From Candidatus Dojkabacteria bacterium (GTDB lineage: Bacteria > Patescibacteriota > Dojkabacteria > J137), in contig JBDTVZ010000002.1 in the NCBI GenBank assembly GCA_040006935.1, positions 43,904-107,903 on the forward strand: 64,000 nt of DNA, in the 5' to 3' direction. Positions 56,880 through 64,000 of this stretch are shown here, in pieces. The translations under genes were made by a program, and so were the position numbers. Each line of letters opens with the position of its first letter. The first letter of the stretch is position 1. Below the pieces are notes generated by a model, which worked only from the letters and a program-made list of their open reading frames with translations, was not told the origin of the DNA and did no database searches.

Positions 56880-58196
56880 TTATTTATTGAATCTCTTTGG
56901 TAAATATATCTTTAAGTAATTTATTGCTTTAAATGCAAAGAAATTCATTATTGCAAGGCTCAATCCTGAAACTAAAATCACCCCCGCTAGATCATAAAGC
57001 ATTGATAAGCCTTTCACCACTGAAGACAAGAAAATAGTTAAAACAACTAATGCAATGCTGAAATTTAAAAATCTCTGAAATCTCAATTCGTTGTTATCTT
57101 CGTCATTTTCCGAGATAATTCTCCACACCATTAATGTTGCTACTCCAGTTGTTAGTAAGAATCCTATAAGAGTGCCAATGGATAGTACAGCATTTGAATA
57201 TTTAAGAATTACTATTGTTAGTGTTACAAAACTTCCTATCATTAAAATAAATTTTACTCCCGCCTCAAACTTGAATTTTATAAATGAAAGAATTATAAGC
57301 AAGACTAGAGATACAAGGCTCATTACTGCAATAAATTGCGTTGTATCCTGTGTGAAAGTGCTCGGAACTATTTGCACCGATTGCTCAGTAGTAAATAAAT
57401 CTTCTAAGGGCTTACTGTCTAAGAAGTATGTTCTAAAAATAGATAGCATAATATTTTTATCAACACTTTCATCAGCTGAATATGTAACTGGAATTGCTCT
57501 TACAGTATAACTTGTGGCATCGTTTGTTTCGTATTGTCTAACAAAGAATTGTTCTGATTGATCGATGTCCATTAGAAAGAAACCAACCTGACTTTGTGCT
57601 GTAGCAGTTCCTAAAGTTGAAGTTAAAACTGATGCTTTGGATGAATCAAATTGAAACTGTAAATGCGATCCTAACTGACTAATAAAATTTATCGAAATGT
57701 TTCCGCGAATATCTTTATCTGTTAAATCAATAAAACCCGTTTGTCCGGTTTGATCGAAAGTAGCAAATGAAATGACTCCTTTACCTGTTAGCCATTGTGT
57801 ATATTTTAGAGGATTTGAATAATAATCTGGGTAGTTTATTATTAGGTTGTAGGTTCCTTCAACTATTTCGGACCTAACTTCAACACCAGCAAGTCCTGCG
57901 GCAAGAACTCTGTTCCGAATTACTTTTAGGTAATTATCAAGCGTATTCCTTTTGTCGGCATCTGATAATTCTGAATTTGTGAAGTTTAATGTCGAGCTTA
58001 CTTCTTTAGTGGGGAAGAGTCCTCTACCTCGTAGGAAATTACCTGTATGTGAGCCGCTTTCAATAAGTGAAAAATCAACATTTGGATACGATATTTCTGT
58101 TTGTCCAATGCTAAATTTAAACTGCGGTAAAGCTAAAGCTGTTAAAACAATTAATAAGATTATTGCTATTGTGAATTTAAAATTTTTCCAATTCAT
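56880..58196 (-). CDS. Six-TM membrane protein, SecD-like topology (divergent)
   Basis: 1 TM, a ~260-aa periplasmic domain, then 5 TM. Stop/start abut the next ORF. Confidence 0.3.
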   Translation of the reverse strand: MNWKNFKFTIAIILLIVLTALALPQFKFSIGQTEISYPNVDFSLIESGSHTGNFLRGRGLFPTKEVSSTLNFTNSELSDADKRNTLDNYLKVIRNRVLAAGLAGVEVRSEIVEGTYNLIINYPDYYSNPLKYTQWLTGKGVISFATFDQTGQTGFIDLTDKDIRGNISINFISQLGSHLQFQFDSSKASVLTSTLGTATAQSQVGFFLMDIDQSEQFFVRQYETNDATSYTVRAIPVTYSADESVDKNIMLSIFRTYFLDSKPLEDLFTTEQSVQIVPSTFTQDTTQFIAVMSLVSLVLLIILSFIKFKFEAGVKFILMIGSFVTLTIVILKYSNAVLSIGTLIGFLLTTGVATLMVWRIISENDEDNNELRFQRFLNFSIALVVLTIFLSSVVKGLSMLYDLAGVILVSGLSLAIMNFFAFKAINYLKIYLPKRFNK

Positions 58197-58263
58197 ATGG
58201 ACTGATTATACAAAAAAAACGTAGAAGATCAATCAGAATTAATATATCAATAATTAGGTAAAA

Positions 58264-60888
58264 CTATTGACACTCAACAACTGTTGCATTACTCAATTCA
58301 GTTAAGACTCCTGTCTGCGTTCCTATATAGTCTTCTGGATCATCTATATTTGTAAGGGTAATTGAAAGTCCTCCACCATCATTTGTGGGATTATAAACAT
58401 AGCTCATTGTTTCGTTAAAACCATTATATATAAATACCCTTCCTGCTTGATTTCGGGCAATTCCTACCTGGTAATCTCCATCAGGCCTGTCAGCTTGACC
58501 AATAAATTGTAAGTTGCTACCAAGACTTCCACCTATTGTAATAGATCTTAAGTGAGTTCCAAATGTAGCTACTTGGGTTAAATAAGCGATTATATCATCT
58601 GCAGTCCAACTATCATCTGGCTGAAAAGTATCATCGTCTGGGTTTTCAGGTATAAATTCCATTCCAAAAGAAACTCCTCCTCTATTCTTTAAAATTAGAA
58701 CTCTAAAACCAGACCTAAGTGTAGTATCGCCTTCTTGTATTCCAATATTAAATCTTATTGAATAGTAACCATTAGATAGGTGGTCTCTATGATGGAAAAC
58801 ATCTCTAACTAAATCTATTGTATCGTCAAACATATTCACTCTTGCTGTATCATTAAAATTTTCATACATGCCTGCAGCCATTACATCCGGATAGTTTTCA
58901 AACAAACCTCTTGGCATATTCCACATCATTGAGTCAATTTGACTCTGACAAGTTGGTGCCTCCTCCCGTACTTCTGGAGGTTCGGTTGGCAATGGAGTTG
59001 GTTGTGGTGGAACAAACACACTTAAGTAGTCCCCCAACTGAATAACAGTTGGAATAATATCTTCACCTCCTAAGGAAAAATTAAAAATCAAGTTATATGG
59101 ATTACCTGGAGTTCCACTACTTTCTATCCTAAACCCTTTAAAGTTCAACTGCTCAGTGGTGCCTGAGTAAGGAATGCCCACAGAATTAGATGTCAGATAA
59201 CTTCCCCGAGAATCCAAAATGTGGTATCTTATATTCTCTGCTGGACTTACACCTTCTGAGAACACTACTACGAAGTATTGTGCACCATTATGTTCGATAC
59301 CCATTGCTGATAAATTATCAGATAAACCTTCTCCTAACGGCAATGTATATGGCTCCACAGTATCTGTATCAAAAGTTAAAACTGATAGATATGAAGAATC
59401 TTCACCTGTGCCAATTCCTTTACCTAAAATTAAAATCTCTTGACCAGCAGAAATATAGATATTATCAATCCTACTGTAGCTTGCCCTAGCGTCTATAAGT
59501 CTTGCTCCGTTTGGCAATGACGAATGATTAATTAACACAAACTCATGTGAAGTTGTAGGATCTCTATGGAATGCTATATATCCATTACCTACAACTCCAT
59601 TTATATTAAATACTCCTGTATAAACTTGATCGTTAGCATTGAAATCAATTTCAGTATCGAATTGATTTCCAGGGTTATTAATAGCAGTTATATCATTAAA
59701 TTGAAGATCGCTAGGTTCTATATTAAAAAAATGATTCCATATTAGATTTGCATCATCTATATTAGTAGGAAAAACTGGATTATCATAGTTAAACTCCGGT
59801 GTAGGTGCAGTTGTTGCCTCAACAGTTGGTTCAAATATAGGAGTTAATGTTGGTGCCGCTGTTAAAGTAGGTTCTGGTGGTGGCTCCGTTGATGAGGGTG
59901 TTGACAATGGTGGTGCTTCAGTTACTATTGGGGTGGCAGTCGCATCTGGTTCAAATGATACGTGGTAGGGAAGGCTTTCACTTGTATACTGAGATTCACC
60001 ATCTGCCCTTAATAAGTTGAAAGTTAAATTACCATCGGAATTAATATCAAAGCCAAATATTCCCCCTATACTGGAGTTTATATTCTCATTGCTGACTTGG
60101 TTCCATAAATTATCCTCCGATCTAATAAACTGAAAATTACTATCTTGTAGAATAAACATAAGGCTTGCCATTTGTTCACCTACTGTTTCACCAGTGTAAG
60201 ATATTGTGGCATAGTACTCCTGACCATTATGAGTAATTGGGAAAGTTGCAAATTGTTGCCCTGATGTAAACATTGATCGATAGCTTCCATCTTGTATTTG
60301 ATGTGCCAGATTTAAATTAGTAGGATGATTCAAGTTTATAATCACAACGTAGGATAACCCATCTATACCAATGCCGTTAATTATTAAATTATTATTCAGA
60401 ATGCTGATGCTGGATATTTCTGTAAAACTAGCACCCGGAGCAAACACAAGTGGTTGTGTTCCTAAACCAGGATGAGATAGCATTATAAATAATGGCGAAT
60501 CTAAACTCTCCCTGTGTAAACCTATAAATCCAATATCTTGTCTTCCATTTGCATTCCAATATATATTAGAGATGAGAATGTTAGTATTATTTAAATCAAT
60601 AACTGATAAGTCAGTTTGATTTAAAAATTGGAAATTGCTGCTAAAAGCATTCACTATCTCACCATTTTGCAAAAGGACTGTACCATCAACAACATCAATA
60701 GGATTAGTATTATCGCCGGGGAATTGCTCAAACCATAGCGTTGAAAGAGCTGCATCCGAAACTGGGACTACTCCAGGTGTAAACGGTTCTGGGGTAGGAA
60801 TTGGATCATCGCCAAAAGTAAATTGAGAACTGGACGGATTATCATGGACATTCAAATCATAGACTGGTGGAACATTAGCATCGCTCAT
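58264..60888 (-). CDS. Large (874 aa) hypothetical protein with two homologous halves joined by a Pro/Thr-rich linker
   Basis: Internal duplication (NxxFxF/Y...IGFIGLHRE versus GYIAFHRDP). Linker TEAPPLSTPSSTEPPPEPTLTAAPTLTP. Confidence 0.45.
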   Translation of the reverse strand: MSDANVPPVYDLNVHDNPSSSQFTFGDDPIPTPEPFTPGVVPVSDAALSTLWFEQFPGDNTNPIDVVDGTVLLQNGEIVNAFSSNFQFLNQTDLSVIDLNNTNILISNIYWNANGRQDIGFIGLHRESLDSPLFIMLSHPGLGTQPLVFAPGASFTEISSISILNNNLIINGIGIDGLSYVVIINLNHPTNLNLAHQIQDGSYRSMFTSGQQFATFPITHNGQEYYATISYTGETVGEQMASLMFILQDSNFQFIRSEDNLWNQVSNENINSSIGGIFGFDINSDGNLTFNLLRADGESQYTSESLPYHVSFEPDATATPIVTEAPPLSTPSSTEPPPEPTLTAAPTLTPIFEPTVEATTAPTPEFNYDNPVFPTNIDDANLIWNHFFNIEPSDLQFNDITAINNPGNQFDTEIDFNANDQVYTGVFNINGVVGNGYIAFHRDPTTSHEFVLINHSSLPNGARLIDARASYSRIDNIYISAGQEILILGKGIGTGEDSSYLSVLTFDTDTVEPYTLPLGEGLSDNLSAMGIEHNGAQYFVVVFSEGVSPAENIRYHILDSRGSYLTSNSVGIPYSGTTEQLNFKGFRIESSGTPGNPYNLIFNFSLGGEDIIPTVIQLGDYLSVFVPPQPTPLPTEPPEVREEAPTCQSQIDSMMWNMPRGLFENYPDVMAAGMYENFNDTARVNMFDDTIDLVRDVFHHRDHLSNGYYSIRFNIGIQEGDTTLRSGFRVLILKNRGGVSFGMEFIPENPDDDTFQPDDSWTADDIIAYLTQVATFGTHLRSITIGGSLGSNLQFIGQADRPDGDYQVGIARNQAGRVFIYNGFNETMSYVYNPTNDGGGLSITLTNIDDPEDYIGTQTGVLTELSNATVVECQ

Positions 60889-60945
60889 GATATATTATTA
60901 AAATTTAACAATTCTTTATTATTACCAAAAGAATTATTGCACATT

Positions 60946-62718
60946 TTAGAATACTATTCTAACTCCTCCAAGTTCATCGTAATTGAAGTCATTATGATGA
61001 TGTAGTGCACCAATGAAAATTTTATTTTTATTAATCTTGTATGTTTTAGCAACCTCGTCTACTACATCCGGACCAAACTCTTTGTCTATATAAGTGTACT
61101 CAATGTTAAGATGAGGTAAAACCCCAGCTTCTTTAAGACAAGGTAAGATTTTTTTTACTTTAGACATTTCAGCACTATTATCTTTATCCTTACACGCAAT
61201 AATTAGAACATGCGAACCATTCTCGTTTCTATTGATATACTCCAATATACTATACAACCTTGAAGTATTATGAACAAAAACGTAATAACTAGTTCTTATA
61301 GACTCAAAATATCGATCGGAAATCCAATTATAAATCGTTCTATTATTCTTAAATAAGGGAAGGACCACTTTTAATAGTTCCTTTCTATATATGATAGAAA
61401 ATACAATTGTTATTGCTGGGATAAAATAGAATAAGAAGTATGCATCATTTTTTAAATCAATTACTGAGTTGCCTATAAGTCCAATGGTTGTAGATATGAA
61501 GGCCGCTATTACAAAAAATAATGGTGCCTTGTATGGTCTCTTTAATTCACTTCGGGTTCTTCTTAATATCAAATTTCCAAGCGCAAATAATGTCATAACT
61601 CCAAGGAAACTAATTGTATAAACACCTGCTAAAGATAATAAATCTCCACGAGTTACTAAAAGAATTGAGGTACAAAGCAGAAAGAATAATATAATTATTC
61701 TTGGATGGGAACCTCGAGAATTTTCTTTGGATAAGAAGTTTGGTAGACAATCATCTAAAGCCATTCTATTCATAAGTCCGGAAACACCAACATAGCTTGT
61801 AAGTACAGCTCCGCAAAGTACAAGAAAGGCGTCAATTGCAATCCAACCTAGAAGAACTATTCCACCTAATTTAAATGCTGCTTCTGCAAGTAGAAAATCT
61901 TTCGCAACTATTATAGAACCAATTGGCAATATATTTAATACAACCATTGCTATCAGTGGATTGAAAATCATTACTCCAATAAGCATATTCCTTAGAGTTT
62001 TTTTAAATACTCCTTTTTTTTGTTCTTCTACAAAGTTTGCTGAACTTTCAAATCCGGAAACACCAAGTAAGGATGCAGAAAATGCAAGAACAATTGTAGG
62101 AAAAAGACCTCCATTATTTTGAACTAATGGTGCAGTATCTAATATATTTAAATTTAAAACTTGTGAGTTAGTGAATAAGAAGATCAATCCAAAGATTATA
62201 AAACTTGCTAAAGTAATTATATGAAAAATAAAGATTGCCGAAGCAACCTTCGCAGAATCTTTAACACCAGAAATTACAAGAATTGCAAATCCTAATAAAA
62301 TTAATATTATAAATGGAATAATTAATACTCCAAGCTGTGGGCCACTTTCACCATTCGCAAATATCTTTTCTAGAAATTTAAATAAATATTCTACGGCTGT
62401 TTTTGATGAGATTACCGCTGTAGCAACGTAAGATAAGATTGTCATAACACCAGCGAGAGCTGCCAGTGGTTTGGCGGTACCGTTTAAAAGTACATTATAA
62501 GCACCGCCATTTATTGGCAATGCTTCTACTACCTCTCTATAAACATTTTTATAAAAGAATAATACAAGCCCTACAATTAGTAAAACAAGAGGTGCATAAA
62601 CCCCTGAAAAAATTGCCGCGATGCCGGATACATATAACGAAGAACTTAAAATATCGTTACCACTTAAAGCTGTAGAAAAAAATTGCCCCAGCTTTTTACC
62701 ATGTTTAACTTCCTCCAT
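60946..62718 (-). CDS. APC-superfamily amino acid permease with ~170-aa C-terminal cytoplasmic extension
   Basis: Twelve TM helices. N-terminal GNDILSSSLYVSG typical of the APC family. Confidence 0.7.
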   Translation of the reverse strand: MEEVKHGKKLGQFFSTALSGNDILSSSLYVSGIAAIFSGVYAPLVLLIVGLVLFFYKNVYREVVEALPINGGAYNVLLNGTAKPLAALAGVMTILSYVATAVISSKTAVEYLFKFLEKIFANGESGPQLGVLIIPFIILILLGFAILVISGVKDSAKVASAIFIFHIITLASFIIFGLIFLFTNSQVLNLNILDTAPLVQNNGGLFPTIVLAFSASLLGVSGFESSANFVEEQKKGVFKKTLRNMLIGVMIFNPLIAMVVLNILPIGSIIVAKDFLLAEAAFKLGGIVLLGWIAIDAFLVLCGAVLTSYVGVSGLMNRMALDDCLPNFLSKENSRGSHPRIIILFFLLCTSILLVTRGDLLSLAGVYTISFLGVMTLFALGNLILRRTRSELKRPYKAPLFFVIAAFISTTIGLIGNSVIDLKNDAYFLFYFIPAITIVFSIIYRKELLKVVLPLFKNNRTIYNWISDRYFESIRTSYYVFVHNTSRLYSILEYINRNENGSHVLIIACKDKDNSAEMSKVKKILPCLKEAGVLPHLNIEYTYIDKEFGPDVVDEVAKTYKINKNKIFIGALHHHNDFNYDELGGVRIVF

Positions 62719-62874
62719 ACTTTATAAATCAGTATATGCTAAGCTGGTTAATTGTTGCCCGTTTATAATAACATATCTGAGATACTTTTTCTAGATATCT
62801 AGTATGTATTTCTTGACAAAGATGCCTTATGGAATATACTTAAATAAATATAAATTTGAGTTAATCATATAAAA

Positions 62875-63135
62875 ATGCAGCCTGATGAAGAAACAAAAAA
62901 TAGAATTAGAAACCTGGCAGCGGTAGGAACGGCACTTGTTCAAATTAGTAACGAGAATGCTGGGGAAACTGACTACTTTATTGCGAAACAGTCCCTGATC
63001 AATTTTGAACAGGGAATCAATAAGCTAGACCTTGATTACGAGAGTAAAAAAGGAATGAAAGACCTTATTGACTATTTATCTAAGAAACTCGATAAACGTA
63101 TAAAGCAGTTGAATAATGATACTGTAGGATATTAA
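62875..63135 (+). CDS. Hypothetical small protein
   Basis: ORF only. Confidence 0.3.
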   Translation: MQPDEETKNRIRNLAAVGTALVQISNENAGETDYFIAKQSLINFEQGINKLDLDYESKKGMKDLIDYLSKKLDKRIKQLNNDTVGY

Positions 63136-63138
63136 ATA

Positions 63139-63168
63139 ATGACTTTACCACCTATCATATTTTCATGA
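63139..63168 (+). CDS. 9-codon upstream ORF MTLPPIIFS (second copy)
   Basis: Near-identical to 25401-25430 (minus strand). Its TGA overlaps the ATG at 63165. Confidence 0.35.
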   Translation: MTLPPIIFS

Positions 63169-63319
63169 ATTATCAGGAAGAAGATGTTCCTCAACGTTTA
63201 GTGAAAAGACGACTTTTTTTAACATCTCAAACTCAACAAATTAGGACACCTGCTTTAAAGGGAGTGGCACACCTCGCAATGAAACCAAGTGAGATTCTCC
63301 TTTTAATTTTTAATGCTTG

Positions 63320-64000
63320 TTACATAGTTGCTAATCGATATTTCGTTCCTCTGCCCTGCCCTTCAACTTTAAGTAGTTTTTTACGAACAAGATCATTTAC
63401 ATCTCTAAATGCAGTCATAGTGGAAACGTCCATCATATGGCAATAATCCTCTCTTTTAATATAAGGAACATTTTGAAGATATCTAAGAACTTTTAATTGC
63501 CTTGGATTTAAATCTAGGAAAGGCTGTTTTTTTGCTCTCTCATCTTCCATTATATAGTCATTAATCCCCTCTTTAATCTCGATTAAATCTTTATTTACAC
63601 TTTCAACAAAAGCTTCTAACCAATATGCTAGATCGTAATTCTTTCGGGATAATTGAATTGCTTCTACATATTTATCTATATTTACATCGAAGTTTCTAAC
63701 GATAGAAACATAGGATTTACTTGCTAATTGGCTTTTTAGAAGTAGATAATCTGCAATGGCAAGTATTGTTAATTTGTTTCCGGCAATAAAAGGATAAATT
63801 TCTATTAATCCATAAAAAAATATCGCAAAGCGAATTAGTGGTGTTAAAGTTGGAGTAATATCCTTATACCACTGCACTAAACTTCCCATTTCTGAAGTAA
63901 CTTCTCCTGCTTCTAATCTTTTATCTCTAAGCTCTGCCCAATCGTCGTAAGTTTCGTTAAGCTCATCGCCAGCTGCTCTAAATTTAGCATTCCAAGCTTC
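63320..64000 (-). CDS. Fic-like protein with degenerate motif (YPFIAGNKL) and C-terminal winged-helix; 5' end beyond window
   Basis: IEIYPFIAGNKLTILAIADYLL replaces HPFxDGNGR. C-terminal TAFRDVNDLVRKKLLKVEGQGRGTKYRL is wHTH-like. The reading frame continues open to the window edge. Confidence 0.4.
   Translation of the reverse strand, partial: EAWNAKFRAAGDELNETYDDWAELRDKRLEAGEVTSEMGSLVQWYKDITPTLTPLIRFAIFFYGLIEIYPFIAGNKLTILAIADYLLLKSQLASKSYVSIVRNFDVNIDKYVEAIQLSRKNYDLAYWLEAFVESVNKDLIEIKEGINDYIMEDERAKKQPFLDLNPRQLKVLRYLQNVPYIKREDYCHMMDVSTMTAFRDVNDLVRKKLLKVEGQGRGTKYRLATM

Noticed and set aside
63165-63446. Plus-strand 93-aa ORF after the second uORF copy
   Set aside because: Its 3' third overlaps the better-supported minus-strand Fic-like gene. 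It is possibly a short real ORF, but it was not called.

Overview
The window is AT-rich (roughly 30-35% GC by eye) and compact. Small proteins, a short archaeal-type triosephosphate isomerase, class I FbaB aldolase and several membrane-anchored, Cys-rich surface proteins are inferred to fit a reduced-genome, Patescibacteria/CPR-like bacterium; that lineage is an inference. Housekeeping genes are spread across the whole window: obg, tpiA, fbaB, an lpd-family oxidoreductase, dus, mnmA, radC, pgi, gap, pgk, pfk, gpmI, lepB, an FKBP isomerase, lysS, rarA, a Kef-type antiporter and an APC permease. Seven glycolytic genes sit within about 25 kb. No rRNA, tRNA or CRISPR array was recognised.

The most unusual feature is a dense population of small palindromic and MITE-like repeats. 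Some are intergenic and cluster in a repeat-rich accessory region at about 37.4-43.8 kb. That region holds a GC-rich, Cys-rich secreted-protein cassette bounded by 13-bp inverted repeats, a VirB4/VirD4-like P-loop ATPase, a uvrB 3' fragment and MITEs with TTGTGTCATTTCGA terminal inverted repeats. Others are inserted in frame inside conserved genes (dus, mnmA, rarA) and at the 5' end of a DUF559 gene, much as Rickettsia palindromic elements are.

Other points noted:
- pgk carries an in-frame 15-bp x5 tandem repeat.
- A four-helix-bundle gene of the 23S-IVS family is frameshifted.
- A 9-codon upstream ORF (MTLPPII[L/F]S) with its ribosome-binding site is duplicated upstream of gpmI and of another gene.
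- A GC-rich structured leader precedes gpmI.
- A Cys-rich DUF11 surface protein lies next to an HTTM-domain protein, with a DsbA-like protein elsewhere.
- There are two Fic-like proteins with degenerate motifs, a soluble orphan histidine kinase, and a two-gene plus-strand insert (PRTase-like protein plus an HTH-like protein).
- A putative divergent SecD/SecF-like pair is present.

No complete, recognisable defence system was found. The repeat families and the in-frame insertions are the best-supported novel observations.
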